A stretch of DNA of 64,000 nucleotides from Escherichia coli (GTDB lineage: Bacteria; Pseudomonadota; Gammaproteobacteria; Enterobacterales; Enterobacteriaceae): assembly GCF_003334255.1 (NCBI RefSeq), contig NZ_QOWU01000003.1; one strand, 5' to 3'. Shown here one piece after another: positions 37,998 to 55,540 of this stretch. Made by a program: the position numbers and the translations under genes. How positions within the stretch are numbered: the stretch's first letter is position 1; each line of letters begins with the position of its first letter. Below the pieces are notes generated by a model, which searched no databases, was not told the origin of the DNA, and saw nothing but the letters and a program-made list of their open reading frames with translations.

Positions 37998-39335
37998 TTA
38001 AACGGCTTTTACTGCATCGGCGATGCGGTGTGCAAATTCAGTCACCTGCGCTTCGTCTTCGCCTTCCACCATCACGCGAATTAACGGTTCGGTGCCGGAT
38101 TTACGCAGCAACACGCGTCCACGGTTGCCCAGCGCAGCTTCAACCTCTGCGGTCACGGCTTTAACTGACTCATGCTCAAGTGGATCGCCGCTACCTGCGG
38201 TGTAACGTACGTTAACCAGAATCTGCGGGAACATTTTCATGCCGCTGCAAAGGTCGTGCAGGCTCATATGGTTACGTGCCATCGCCGCCAGCACCTGCAA
38301 GCCAGCAACGATGCCGTCACCGGTAGTAGTTTTATCCAGCAGGATCACATGACCGGAATTCTCTGCACCGATACGCCAGCCTTTCTCCTGCATTTTTTCC
38401 AGTACGTAGCGGTCACCCACTTTCGCGCGCGCAAATGGAATTCCTAACTGTTTCAGCGCCAGTTCAAGCCCCATGTTGCTCATCAATGTACCCACAGCGC
38501 CACCACGCAGCTGGCCCTGACGAAGACCTTCACGCGCGATGATATACATGATCTGATCGCCATCGACTTTATTGCCTTCATGGTCAACCATAATCACGCG
38601 ATCGCCATCGCCGTCGAAGGCAATACCGAGATCCGCTTTTTCAGCCAGCACACGAGCCTGGAGCGCGCGAACGTCGGTAGCCCCCACTTCGGCATTGATG
38701 TTTACACCGTTTGGCTCACAACCGATAGCGATAACGTTCGCCCCCAGTTCGCGCAGCACGTTCGGCGCGATGTGATAAGTCGCACCGTTTGCACAATCCA
38801 CCACAATCTTCAGTTCACTGAGGCTAAGTTCGTTCGGGAACGTGGCTTTGCAAAACTCGATATAGCGACCCGCGGCATCAACGATACGGCTGGCTTTACC
38901 CAGTTCTGCCGAATCAACGCAGCTGATCTCCTTTTCCATTTCCGCTTCGATGGCCTCTTCTACCGCATCCGGCAGTTTGGTGCCGTCGATAGAGAAGAAT
39001 TTAATGCCATTATCGTAGAACGGGTTATGCGATGCAGATATCACAATTCCGGCCTCTGCGCGGAAGGTACGCGTCAGATAAGCCACGGCCGGTGTTGGCA
39101 TCGGGCCAGTGAAGAGTGCGGAAAGGCCCGCTGCCGCCAGACCCGCTTCCAGTGCTGACTCCAGCATATAGCCAGAAATACGCGTGTCTTTACCAATAAT
39201 AATCTTACGGGAGCCGTGGCGCGCCAGCACTTTACCCGCGGCCCAACCCAGCTTAAGCACAAAATCAGGTGTGATCGGCGCATCCCCTACACGACCACGA
39301 ATCCCATCGGTACCGAAATATTTACGATTACTCAT
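37998..39335 (-). CDS. glmM: Phosphoglucosamine mutase
   Basis: 445 aa; phosphohexomutase active-site motif (SASHNP). Confidence 0.97.
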
Positions 39336-40176
39336 AGCGTTTGTTTTCCTTTGCAGACAGAGTGGCTTCCACCACCCGCATCGCTTCTACGGTTTCTTTG
39401 ACGTCATGAACACGAATGATGTGCGCGCCTTGCATTGCGGCAATGACCGCACAGGCCAGACTACCGCTCAGGCGCTCGGACGGCCCCACGTTCAGCAGCT
39501 GCCCAATCATCGATTTTCGTGACATACCCACCAACAGCGGCAGGTTGAAATGGTGAAATTCAGCCAGGCGCGCCAGTAATGAATAGTTATGGGAGAGATT
39601 TTTACCGAAACCGAATCCGGGGTCGAGCAACAATTTCTCTTTTGCGATACCCGCCTGCTCGCAACGTGCTATTTGCTCAATAAAGTAGCGATTCACTTCT
39701 GCAAAGACATCGTCATACTTCGGAGCTTCCTGCATGGTTTTTGGATTTCCCTGCATATGCATCAGACAAACCGGTAAACCGGTTTCTGCAGCCGCCTCCA
39801 GAGCGCCAGGTTCGGAAAGGGAGCGGATATCATTAATAATGTGAGCGCCAACTTTCGCTGACTCACGGATGACTTCTGGTTTGGATGTATCGACTGAGAT
39901 CCAGACTTCGAAGCGTTGAGCAATTGCCTCAACCACAGGAATAACACGTTGCAACTCTTCTTCAACGCTAACTTCCGCCGCCCCTGGGCGCGTGGACTCG
40001 CCACCAACGTCAATGATCGTCGCGCCAGCGTTGATCATCAGATTCGCATGTTTCACCGCATCTATCAGCGAGTTATGCGTGCCACCATCCGAAAAGGAAT
40101 CAGGCGTGACGTTGAGGATCCCCATTACGTGAGGATGGCTAAGGTCCAGTGAAGTACCCTGGGCAAAGAGTTTCAT
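39328..40176 (-). CDS. folP: Dihydropteroate synthase
   Basis: 282 aa from ATG 40176 ([32 protein letters not shown]). Confidence 0.95.
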
Positions 40177-40265
40177 GATGTTATCCCTGGTATGAATTGA
40201 TAAGAAAAAACCCCGGAGCACGCCCCGGGGTTTTCGGTACAAATACAGTCATCTGATGCGGGAAC

Positions 40266-42200
40266 TTACTTGTCGCCTAACTGCTCTGACATGGTGTTAC
40301 CCGGGTTCGGCGTACGCGGTTCATCAACCGGACGAGGAGCCTTTGGACTACCATTGTCGCCAGAATTGTTAGAAGCGCCTGGTTCTTCCCAGCCCGCTGG
40401 CGGACGTACATCGCGACGTGCCATCAGGTCATCAATCTGCGGTGCGTCGATAGTCTCATATTTCATGAGAGCATCTTTCATCGCATGCAGAATATCCATA
40501 TTGTCGGTCAGAAGCTGACGCGCACGATTATAGTTACGCTCAATCAGTGCTTTCACTTCCTGGTCGATGATACGTGCAGTTTCATCGGACATATGTTTCG
40601 CTTTCGCTACGCTACGGCCGAGGAACACTTCACCTTCTTCTTCCGCGTACAGCAGTGGACCCAATTTCTCAGAGAAGCCCCACTGAGTCACCATGTTACG
40701 TGCCAGGTTGGTCGCAACTTTAATATCGTTGGACGCACCGGTAGATACATGTTCCGGCCCGTAGATGATCTCTTCTGCCAGACGACCACCGTACAGCGTA
40801 GAAATCTGGCTTTCCAGTTTCTGACGGCTGGCGCTGATTGCGTCGCCCTCAGGCAAGAAGAAAGTCACACCCAGCGCACGACCGCGTGGGATAATCGTCA
40901 CTTTGTGCACCGGATCGTGTTCCGGCACCAGGCGACCGATAATCGCATGACCCGCTTCGTGGTAAGCCGTCGATTCTTTCTGCGCTTCCGTCATCACCAT
41001 GGAGCGACGTTCCGCACCCATCATGATTTTGTCTTTCGCTTTCTCGAACTCAACCATCGACACAACGCGTTTGTTGCCACGAGCAGCGAACAGTGCCGCT
41101 TCGTTCACCAGGTTCGCCAGGTCAGCACCGGAGAAACCAGGAGTACCACGGGCAATGATTGCCGCGTCGATATCGGGTGCCAATGGTACGCGACGCATGT
41201 GAACTTTCAGGATCTGCTCACGACCGCGAACATCTGGCAAGCCGACCACAACCTGACGGTCGAAACGGCCAGGACGCAGCAGGGCCGGGTCGAGAACGTC
41301 CGGACGGTTAGTCGCGGCGATAACGATGATACCTTCGTTACCTTCGAAGCCATCCATCTCAACCAGCATCTGGTTCAGAGTCTGTTCACGTTCATCGTGA
41401 CCACCGCCCAGACCAGCGCCACGCTGGCGGCCTACGGCGTCGATTTCATCGATAAAGATGATGCACGGTGCCGCTTTCTTCGCCTGTTCGAACATGTCAC
41501 GAACACGGGATGCACCCACACCGACGAACATTTCTACGAAGTCAGAACCGGAGATAGTAAAGAACGGAACTTTCGCTTCGCCTGCAATCGCTTTCGCCAG
41601 CAGCGTTTTACCGGTACCCGGAGGACCGACCATCAAGACGCCTTTCGGGATCTTACCGCCGAGTTTCTGGAAGCGGCTCGGCTCGCGCAGATACTCAACC
41701 AGTTCAGCAACTTCTTCTTTTGCTTCGTCGCAGCCCGCAACGTCAGCAAAGGTCGTTTTGATCTGATCTTCCGTCAGCATGCGCGCTTTGCTCTTACCAA
41801 ACGACATGGCACCTTTGCCACCGCCGCCCTGCATTTGACGCATGAAGAAGATCCAGACACCAATCAGCAACAGCATCGGGAACCAGGAGATGAAGATAGA
41901 AGCCAGCAGGCTTGGTTCTTCAGGCGGTTCACCGACAACCTTGACGTTCTTGGTCAACAGGTTATCCAGTAATTTCGGATCCTGAACCGGAATGTAAGTG
42001 GTATAACGGTTACTATCTTTCTTGGTAACGTTGATTTCACGTCCGTTGATACGCGCTTCACGAACCTGGTCGTTATTGACCTCTTGTAGGAAGGTAGAGT
42101 AATCCACCTTACGGCCATTAGACTCGCTGGGCCCAAAGCTCTGGAATACTGACATCAGCACAACGGCAATGACCAGCCAGAGTATTAGGTTTTTCGCCAT
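40266..42200 (-). CDS. ftsH: ATP-dependent zinc metalloprotease FtsH (AAA+)
   Basis: 644 aa from ATG 42200; Walker A (GPPGTGKT), second region of homology, HEAGH zinc motif. Confidence 0.97.
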
Positions 42201-42299
42201 GTCACTCAAGGGATTAACCTCTTATTACAACTGTGTTAAAAACAGCGTCAGGATACTCTATATCCAGCATCTTTCAAACTTTCGTCTGAAATCTCCCGG

Positions 42300-42929
42300 T
42301 TAGGGTTTACGCCCGGTCGCTACAATATACACTTCCCGCGAACGTGCACGAGAAGAGTCCGGCTTACGAACTTTGACCTTCGTAAACAGGGAGCGAATTT
42401 CCCTTAGATACTCATCGAAACCTTCGCCCTGGAACACCTTCACTACAAAACTGCCACCTGGCGCTAATACATCACGACACATTTCTAGCGCCAGTTCCAC
42501 CAGATACATGGCACGGGGGATATCCACCGCCGGTGTTCCGCTCATGTTTGGTGCCATATCGGACATGACAACCTGGACTTTGCTGTCGCCAACGCGCTCC
42601 AGCAGTGCTTTCATCACCAGTTCATCACGAAAATCGCCCTGAAGAAAGTCCACACCAACGATAGGATCCATAGGTAAAAGATCGCAAGCGATGATGCGGC
42701 CTTTGCCGCCAATTTGGGTGACCACATATTGTGACCAACCACCCGGAGCAGCACCAAGGTCGACAACCGTCATTCCCGGTTTAAAGAGTTTGTCACTTTG
42801 CTGTATTTCATCAAGTTTAAACCAGGCACGGGAACGTAACCCCTTTTTCTGTGCCTGTTGAACATATTTATCGCTAAAGTGTTCCTGAAGCCAGCGGCTG
42901 GAGCTGGCAGAACGCTTCTTACCTGTCAT
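42300..42929 (-). CDS. rlmE: 23S rRNA U2552 2'-O-methyltransferase
   Basis: 209 aa; FtsJ/RrmJ-type SAM methyltransferase. Confidence 0.95.
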
Positions 42930-42994
42930 TTAACTTTCCCATGGGGATAACTCATCGTAACCAATTGCATAAATTTTTACGCGCCTATTTGGTG

Positions 42995-43032
42995 ATATAT
43001 GGGAGATGGCGGTAGAATGACCCGTTTTCAAT
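42995..43032 (-). promoter_or_regulatory. Candidate sigma32 heat-shock promoter of rlmE-ftsH
   Basis: Minus strand ATTGAAAA (-35-like) then a 17-nt spacer then TCCCATATAT (-10-like, CCCCATnT class), about 60 nt upstream of rlmE. Confidence 0.5.
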
Positions 43033-43054
43033 CCCAACGTAAGCAAAAAATACG

Positions 43055-43348
43055 ATGAATCTGAGTACTAAACAAAAACAGCACCTGAAAGGTCTGGCAC
43101 ATCCGCTCAAGCCAGTTGTTCTGCTTGGCAGTAATGGTTTGACCGAAGGGGTGCTGGCCGAGATTGAACAAGCGTTAGAGCACCATGAACTCATCAAGGT
43201 GAAAATCGCCACCGAAGATCGCGAAACTAAAACCTTGATCGTGGAAGCTATCGTGCGCGAAACCGGCGCCTGTAATGTACAGGTCATCGGTAAAACGCTG
43301 GTGCTTTATCGCCCAACTAAAGAACGTAAAATCTCGCTGCCACGCTAA
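43055..43348 (+). CDS. yhbY: CRM-domain RNA-binding protein
   Basis: 97 aa (MNLSTKQKQHLKGLAHPLKPVVLLGSNGLTEGV…). Confidence 0.93.
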   Translation: MNLSTKQKQHLKGLAHPLKPVVLLGSNGLTEGVLAEIEQALEHHELIKVKIATEDRETKTLIVEAIVRETGACNVQVIGKTLVLYRPTKERKISLPR

Positions 43349-43436
43349 GATTATCCTAAAGTTACACACATTTGCTGTGTAAAACGAGGGGTTTTCCGCA
43401 GGCAGGAGAGCAAAATGCCACGCTCTGTTCGTTGAT

Positions 43437-43462
43437 AAAAGGCCGCATAGCGGCCTTTTTCC
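43437..43462. terminator. Bidirectional intrinsic terminator between yhbY and greA
   Basis: AAAA-GGCCGC-ATA-GCGGCC-TTTTT. Confidence 0.75.
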
Positions 43463-43503
43463 TTTCTTTACAATACATCAACATCTTGAGTATTGGGTAA
43501 TTC

Positions 43504-43980
<477 letters not shown>

Positions 43981-44227
43981 TTGTTATACCTCTTGAATAT
44001 TCCTGATGGGGCAAGTCTTCACCCACCCCGGCTGTTCGGCCTGCCCGGCATAACTCCTCACCGGGACCAGAAGCAAAAAAATACCGACCCGGGTACAAGT
44101 CCCAGGTCAGCTACAATTCACATTTTGATAGTCATTTTACCCTGAAGTTCCCGAAGGGTCATCGTTTACTTTATAGGGCGTTGCGCCGTAGTATGACGGC
44201 TCGATTCCAGGTTGTTAGCGCGAGATT

Positions 44228-45661
44228 ATGCGATTTTCCAGATTTATCATCGGATTGACCAGCTGTATAGCGTTCAGTGTTCAGGCCGCAAATGTTGATG
44301 AGTACATTACTCAACTCCCCGCTGGTGCCAACCTTGCCCTGATGGTGCAAAAAGTCGGCGCGTCGGCCCCCGCTATTGATTACCACAGTCAGCAGATGGC
44401 GCTGCCTGCCAGTACCCAGAAAGTGATTACTGCGCTGGCGGCGTTGATTCAACTCGGCCCCGATTTTCGTTTTACCACGACGCTTGAAACCAAAGGCAAT
44501 GTGGAAAACGGCGTACTTAAGGGTGACTTAGTGGCGCGATTTGGTGCCGATCCGACGTTAAAACGTCAGGATATTCGCAATATGGTCGCGACTTTGAAAA
44601 AATCTGGCGTCAACCAAATCGATGGCAATGTGTTGATAGATACCTCCATTTTCGCCAGCCACGATAAAGCCCCCGGCTGGCCATGGAATGACATGACACA
44701 ATGCTTTAGCGCTCCGCCTGCCGCCGCCATAGTTGACCGCAACTGTTTCTCCGTCTCGCTCTACAGTGCCCCAAAGCCTGGTGATATGGCTTTTATACGC
44801 GTGGCATCTTATTACCCCGTTACGATGTTCAGCCAGGTACGCACCCTCCCCCGTGGTTCTGCCGAAGCGCAATACTGCGAACTGGATGTGGTGCCAGGCG
44901 ACCTGAACCGCTTTACGCTGACGGGATGCCTGCCACAACGTTCTGAGCCGCTCCCGTTGGCTTTTGCCGTGCAGGATGGAGCCAGCTATGCCGGTGCAAT
45001 TCTGAAAGATGAGTTAAAACAGGCGGGTATCACCTGGAGCGGAACACTGCTGCGCCAGACTCAGGTTAACGAACCTGGAACGGTAGTTGCCAGTAAACAG
45101 TCGGCCCCGCTGCACGATCTGCTTAAGATTATGCTGAAAAAGTCGGACAACATGATCGCCGATACGGTTTTCCGCATGATAGGCCATGCGCGCTTCAATG
45201 TGCCTGGAACATGGCGGGCCGGGTCGGACGCCGTGCGTCAGATCCTGCGCCAGCAAGCCGGTGTCGATATTGGAAACACCATTATTGCCGATGGTTCAGG
45301 GCTTTCGCGGCATAACCTGATTGCCCCCGCCACCATGATGCAGGTGCTGCAATACATTGCCCAACACGACAATGAACTTAACTTTATCTCCATGCTGCCG
45401 CTGGCGGGCTATGACGGCTCTTTGCAGTACCGTGCAGGTCTGCATCAGGCGGGCGTGGATGGAAAAGTCTCAGCGAAAACCGGTTCGTTGCAGGGGGTAT
45501 ATAACCTGGCGGGATTCATTACCACAGCGAGCGGGCAACGAATGGCGTTTGTGCAATATCTTTCTGGCTATGCAGTAGAACCTGCGGATCAGCGTAATCG
45601 CCGTATTCCGTTAGTGCGTTTTGAAAGCCGTTTGTATAAAGATATTTATCAGAACAATTAG
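44228..45661 (+). CDS. dacB: D-alanyl-D-alanine carboxypeptidase/endopeptidase PBP4
   Basis: 477 aa; signal peptide; class-C PBP motifs (STQK, SDN, KTG). Confidence 0.95.
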   Translation: MRFSRFIIGLTSCIAFSVQAANVDEYITQLPAGANLALMVQKVGASAPAIDYHSQQMALPASTQKVITALAALIQLGPDFRFTTTLETKGNVENGVLKGDLVARFGADPTLKRQDIRNMVATLKKSGVNQIDGNVLIDTSIFASHDKAPGWPWNDMTQCFSAPPAAAIVDRNCFSVSLYSAPKPGDMAFIRVASYYPVTMFSQVRTLPRGSAEAQYCELDVVPGDLNRFTLTGCLPQRSEPLPLAFAVQDGASYAGAILKDELKQAGITWSGTLLRQTQVNEPGTVVASKQSAPLHDLLKIMLKKSDNMIADTVFRMIGHARFNVPGTWRAGSDAVRQILRQQAGVDIGNTIIADGSGLSRHNLIAPATMMQVLQYIAQHDNELNFISMLPLAGYDGSLQYRAGLHQAGVDGKVSAKTGSLQGVYNLAGFITTASGQRMAFVQYLSGYAVEPADQRNRRIPLVRFESRLYKDIYQNN

Positions 45662-45669
45662 TCAAAAAG

Positions 45670-45700
45670 AAACCCCGGCACATGGCCGGGGCTTCAGATT
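45670..45700 (+). terminator. Hairpin terminator after dacB
   Basis: AAACCCCGGC-CACATG-GCCGGGGCTTCAG. Confidence 0.6.
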
Positions 45701-45724
45701 ATTGACAAAGTGCGCTTTGTTTAT

Positions 45725-45822
<98 letters not shown>

Positions 45823-45846
45823 TGATTTGGCGTTTATCATCAGTGA

Positions 45847-47034
<1,188 letters not shown>

Positions 47035-48000
47035 TCATTCGCCTGCGCGGGGTTGCGATACCACCGTTGTATGCTTACGTAATCCGCCCCAAATACGATG
47101 ACCAATGGCGGAATACATCGCGCCCGCAACCACGACAAACGCACCGAGATAACCTAAAAGGTTTAACATCGGTCTGGCGAAGAAATCGGGCCAGGCCAGT
47201 GATAAAAGATCTGAAAAAAACAGCGTAAACAGTGGGGTGAGCGTGATGATCGCGCTCACCTGCGCTGCCTGCCAGCGAGCCATCGCTTCCGCCAGGGCGC
47301 CATATCCTACCAATGTATTCAGTCCGCAAAAAATTAAACATGCGAGCTGCCAGTGGCTAAGCTGCGCTATCACTCCAGGCTTTGCCAGAGGGAAGAGCGC
47401 AATTGTACATAAAGTGTACAGTAAAAACAGGATCTGCGGTGAGGCCAGCCGACGCAATAAAACCTTTTGCGCCACGCCATAACTCACCCAAACCGTCGCA
47501 GCACCGACCCCAAAGATAACTCCCCAGGTGTAATCGGTGAGCTTTGTAAATATCTCGACCAGACTGGTGTTAAAAAACATCACCAGGCCGCTCAGGAGCA
47601 TCAATGCCCCTACAACCTGAGTGCTGCGCATTTTCTCTTTCAGGATAAATACGCTGGCAACCATCATGCCAACTGGCGAGAGTTGCCCAATCACCTGCGA
47701 AGCGGTCGGACTCAGGTATTGCAAGGATGAGCTGAACAGGATGAAGTTCCCAAACAGCCCGGCGGTCGCCACTGCCAACAAAATCAACCAGCGTGGCTTA
47801 CGAAACACGCGTAATGGCGGCAACCTCTTCTTCACCGCAAGAATGGCACCCAGGCCAATACTCGCCATCAAGAAACGGTAAAACACGATTGTCGGAGGTT
47901 CCATCACCTCCAGCACCTGCTTCATTGCGATTGGCAACGCCCCCCAGCAAATTGCTGTGGTGAGCGCCAAAAGAATGCCAATGCCTGCCTGCTGCTTCAT
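47035..48000 (-). CDS. yhbE: EamA/DMT family inner membrane transporter
   Basis: 321 aa, 10-TM-like hydrophobic profile. Confidence 0.85.
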   Translation of the reverse strand: MKQQAGIGILLALTTAICWGALPIAMKQVLEVMEPPTIVFYRFLMASIGLGAILAVKKRLPPLRVFRKPRWLILLAVATAGLFGNFILFSSSLQYLSPTASQVIGQLSPVGMMVASVFILKEKMRSTQVVGALMLLSGLVMFFNTSLVEIFTKLTDYTWGVIFGVGAATVWVSYGVAQKVLLRRLASPQILFLLYTLCTIALFPLAKPGVIAQLSHWQLACLIFCGLNTLVGYGALAEAMARWQAAQVSAIITLTPLFTLFFSDLLSLAWPDFFARPMLNLLGYLGAFVVVAGAMYSAIGHRIWGGLRKHTTVVSQPRAGE

Positions 48001-48070
48001 ACCGTATTCCCTGCAAAGCGCATTTGCGGATTAACGTCGCACCATGCGCATTTTTACCGGTTATCGAATG

Positions 48071-48100
48071 TAAAAAGCCCCGCAACGTGTTGCGGGGCTT
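48071..48100 (-). terminator. Intrinsic terminator of rplU-rpmA operon
   Basis: Minus strand AGCCCCGCAAC-ACG-TTGCGGGGCT followed by TTTTTA. Confidence 0.8.
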
Positions 48101-48126
48101 TCATCCGTTACCGGGACGCGAAAAAC

Positions 48127-48752
<626 letters not shown>

Positions 48753-48974
48753 TCAGAGTGCGCTATAAATATTCACAATAGGGCGCGAATATTACGCAAA
48801 ACGCACGCCTTTGACAAGTGCTACAGTCAATACACGAAGAAAAAAAACACAACTTGTACGGTAACGTTTATCTGTGCCATTTTTTCAGTACAATCACCCT
48901 ATATTCCTAACCATAAACCCTAAGTTGCCTTTGTTCACAGTAAGGTAATCGGGGCGAAAAGCCCGGCTTTTGCG

Positions 48975-49946
48975 ATGAATTTAGAAAAAATCAATGAGTT
49001 AACCGCGCAAGATATGGCGGGTGTTAATGCGGCAATCCTTGAGCAGCTTAATTCCGACGTCCAACTGATCAATCAGTTAGGCTATTACATCGTCAGCGGC
49101 GGCGGTAAACGTATTCGTCCGATGATTGCTGTACTGGCTGCACGAGCTGTTGGCTATGAGGGAAATGCGCATGTCACCATTGCTGCCCTGATCGAGTTTA
49201 TCCACACGGCGACTCTGCTGCACGACGACGTTGTGGATGAATCAGATATGCGCAGGGGTAAAGCTACCGCCAACGCCGCATTTGGCAATGCCGCCAGCGT
49301 GCTGGTAGGCGATTTTATTTATACCCGCGCTTTCCAGATGATGACCAGCCTCGGTTCACTCAAAGTGCTGGAAGTCATGTCAGAAGCCGTAAACGTCATC
49401 GCAGAAGGTGAAGTTCTGCAACTGATGAATGTTAACGATCCGGACATCACTGAAGAAAACTACATGCGCGTTATCTATAGCAAAACCGCGCGTCTGTTTG
49501 AGGCTGCCGCGCAGTGTTCCGGAATTCTGGCTGGCTGTACGCCGGAGGAGGAGAAAGGCCTGCAGGATTATGGGCGCTATCTCGGCACTGCTTTCCAGTT
49601 GATCGACGATTTACTCGATTACAATGCCGATGGCGAACAGTTAGGTAAAAACGTCGGCGACGATCTGAACGAAGGTAAACCGACGCTGCCGCTGCTGCAT
49701 GCGATGCATCATGGCACACCAGAACAGGCACAGATGATCCGTACCGCCATCGAACAGGGTAACGGTCGCCATCTTCTGGAACCGGTTCTGGAAGCAATGA
49801 ACGCTTGTGGATCTCTTGAATGGACGCGTCAGCGCGCCGAGGAAGAAGCAGACAAAGCCATCGCAGCGTTACAGGTGCTCCCGGACACCCCTTGGCGAGA
49901 AGCACTCATCGGCCTCGCGCACATCGCTGTTCAACGCGATCGTTAA
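48975..49946 (+). CDS. ispB: Octaprenyl diphosphate synthase
   Basis: 323 aa; trans-prenyltransferase DDxxD motifs (LLHDDVVDESD, DDLLD). Confidence 0.97.
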   Translation: MNLEKINELTAQDMAGVNAAILEQLNSDVQLINQLGYYIVSGGGKRIRPMIAVLAARAVGYEGNAHVTIAALIEFIHTATLLHDDVVDESDMRRGKATANAAFGNAASVLVGDFIYTRAFQMMTSLGSLKVLEVMSEAVNVIAEGEVLQLMNVNDPDITEENYMRVIYSKTARLFEAAAQCSGILAGCTPEEEKGLQDYGRYLGTAFQLIDDLLDYNADGEQLGKNVGDDLNEGKPTLPLLHAMHHGTPEQAQMIRTAIEQGNGRHLLEPVLEAMNACGSLEWTRQRAEEEADKAIAALQVLPDTPWREALIGLAHIAVQRDR

Positions 49947-50174
49947 TCCCCTCCCCTCATCCCGCGCAGTGCGCGGGATGATTCCAGTAAACTCCATAAG
50001 AATACTTATTCAGCGTAATAATGCACTGAAAAACCAGTGTATACATCTTTATATATTCTGAATATTCACACTCTTTACAGGAACTTTTTAGAGCAATCGG
50101 CCATCAGGAGTATAGTGATGCTCGACAGAAGAAGTGTTCTGAATGAAAGCGACTAACTTAAGGAGTGAGGAAAG

Positions 50175-50453
50175 ATGGAAAGTAATTTCATTGACTGGCA
50201 TCCCGCTGACATCATTGCGGGTTTGCGCAAGAAGGGAACGTCAATGGCGGCGGAATCTCGCAGAAATGGTTTGAGTTCCTCAACGCTGGCGAATGCATTA
50301 TCGCGCCCATGGCCGAAAGGAGAGATGATTATTGCGAAGGCCCTGGGAACTGACCCCTGGGTTATCTGGCCATCACGCTACCATGATCCGCAGACCCATG
50401 AGTTTATCGACAGAACGCAGTTGATGCGTAGCTACACTAAACCGAAAAAATGA
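50175..50453 (+). CDS. sfsB: Ner-like DNA-binding transcriptional regulator
   Basis: 92 aa; HTH Ner-family. Confidence 0.9.
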   Translation: MESNFIDWHPADIIAGLRKKGTSMAAESRRNGLSSSTLANALSRPWPKGEMIIAKALGTDPWVIWPSRYHDPQTHEFIDRTQLMRSYTKPKK

Positions 50454-50500
50454 GTGGTCTGGCGGTAGCCCCGCGTACGGGGCTGCCAGCTTTCAGACGA

Positions 50501-51760
<1,260 letters not shown>

Positions 51761-51814
51761 TTAGTTTGTTCTCAGTTAACAATTCATATCCGCTACCGGC
51801 GAATCGCCCATAGC

Positions 51815-52069
51815 TCAAAAGCCGTTCAGTTTGCGATCGCGCGCCCACTCCGCAGGGGTATACGCTTTAATCGACACAGCATGAATGCGGTTATCCGCAA
51901 TATATTCCATCAGCGGGCCATAGACCGTCTGCTGTTTTTTAACCCGACTCATGCCGTCAAACAACTCACCCACGGCAATAACCTGAAAGTGGCTGCCATC
52001 GCCGGAAACGTGGACTTCCTGGAGGGAGAGAGCGTTCATCAACACGCTCTGAATTTCATTATTTTCCAT
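51815..52069 (-). CDS. ibaG: BolA-family acid-stress protein
   Basis: 84 aa from ATG 52069 ([30 protein letters not shown]…). Confidence 0.9.
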
Positions 52070-52188
52070 GGGATCTTCAATCATCAGTTAATAAACCAGC
52101 GAAACATCTTAGAGCAAAGTTGCGCTGGCATAAATAAGCAAAAAGCCTCGCTGATAAATCAGACAAGGCTCGACTTGCAGGCAGGTTT

Positions 52189-52219
52189 GCCGGACAGGCG
52201 GTTAACGCCATATCCGGCC
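52189..52219. repeat. REP-like palindromic element downstream of mlaB
   Basis: GCCGGACAGGCGGTTAACGCCATATCCGGCC followed by an A-run. Confidence 0.6.
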
Positions 52220-52228
52220 TGAAAAAAT

Positions 52229-52521
52229 TTAACGAGGCAGAACATCAGCAGGCAAATTATACAATTTCGCCAGGGTATACACTTTGTCATTTACCCCCTG
52301 AAGCGTCACATTGTTGCCCTGCTTTTTCGCCAGATCGATAAGATGGAGCAGCAGTGCCAGTCCCCCCGTATCCACGCGGGAGACACGGCTAAGATCGATG
52401 CAGGTAATCCCCTTCACCGCTTCCTCACGCATTTCCCAAAGCGGTAGCAAAACGTCCTGATCCAGCTCTCCGGATAACGCCAGCGTGTCACCCGTCTGCA
52501 TCCAGCTCAGTGACTCGCTCA

Positions 52522-52522
<1 letters not shown>
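52229..52522 (-). CDS. mlaB: Phospholipid ABC transporter STAS-domain subunit
   Basis: 97 aa from ATG 52522 (MSESLSWMQTGDTLALSGELDQD…); start overlaps mlaC stop by 1 nt. Confidence 0.9.
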
Positions 52523-53175
<653 letters not shown>

Positions 53176-53727
53176 TTATTTCGTTGTACCCACAGGTTCA
53201 GTGGTTTCATTATTACCTGGCGCAGCAGCTGGCGCATCGCCACTATTCTTATTGTCATCGCCTTTACTACCGTAAAGGAACTGACCAATGAGATCTTCCA
53301 GCACCATCGCAGACTTAGTGTCCTGAATTGTATCGCCATCCTTCAGGATAGCAGTCCCCAGTTCCGGGTCTTCAAAACCGACGTTTAATGCCAGATATTG
53401 TTCCCCCAGCAGGCCGGAAGTACGAATGCTCAGCGAACTGGTATCTGGAATGTGGTTATAACGTTGTTCAATTTCCAGCGTTACGCGCGGCAGATAGGTT
53501 TTCGGGTCCAGCGTAATATCCGCCACCCGACCCACAACAACGCCACCAATACTGACCGGAGAGCGCGCTTTCAGGCCGCCAATGTTATCGAACGTCGCAT
53601 AAAGCGTGTAGGTCGGTTCAGTACGTATGGACGTCACGTTCGCCGCCTTCAGGCAAACAAACAGCGCCGCCAGCAGTGCTGCTAATAAAAAGATACCCAC
53701 CCAAATTTCATTTTTTTTCGTTTGCAT
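53176..53727 (-). CDS. mlaD: MCE-domain phospholipid transport substrate-binding protein
   Basis: 183 aa from ATG 53727 (MQTKKNEIWVGIFLLAALLAALFV…). Confidence 0.93.
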   Translation of the reverse strand: MQTKKNEIWVGIFLLAALLAALFVCLKAANVTSIRTEPTYTLYATFDNIGGLKARSPVSIGGVVVGRVADITLDPKTYLPRVTLEIEQRYNHIPDTSSLSIRTSGLLGEQYLALNVGFEDPELGTAILKDGDTIQDTKSAMVLEDLIGQFLYGSKGDDNKNSGDAPAAAPGNNETTEPVGTTK

Positions 53728-53731
53728 GAAC

Positions 53732-55331
<1,600 letters not shown>

Positions 55332-55540
55332 AATTCACCCTTCGTCTTGCGTTGATTTTCTAAGCATGGCGCTCAATTTAACCTTGAACCCAACATATTT
55401 ACAGAATATTACCCGCCGTGGTTAGCGAAAGCTGGCATTTGTTTTACTTTTTAGCCGCATAAAGTCAAAATTAAGCATCCGTTACGGCTTTCTGAAAATC
55501 TTCAGCGGACCGGCGAGTATACCTGAAGAAAGGACGTTAG

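Noticed and set aside
49949-49985. Hairpin after ispB (CATCCCGCGCA-G-TGCGCGGGATG) as an intrinsic terminator.
   Set aside because: A strong stem but no downstream T-run on the plus strand; it may be a stabilising or REP-like hairpin.
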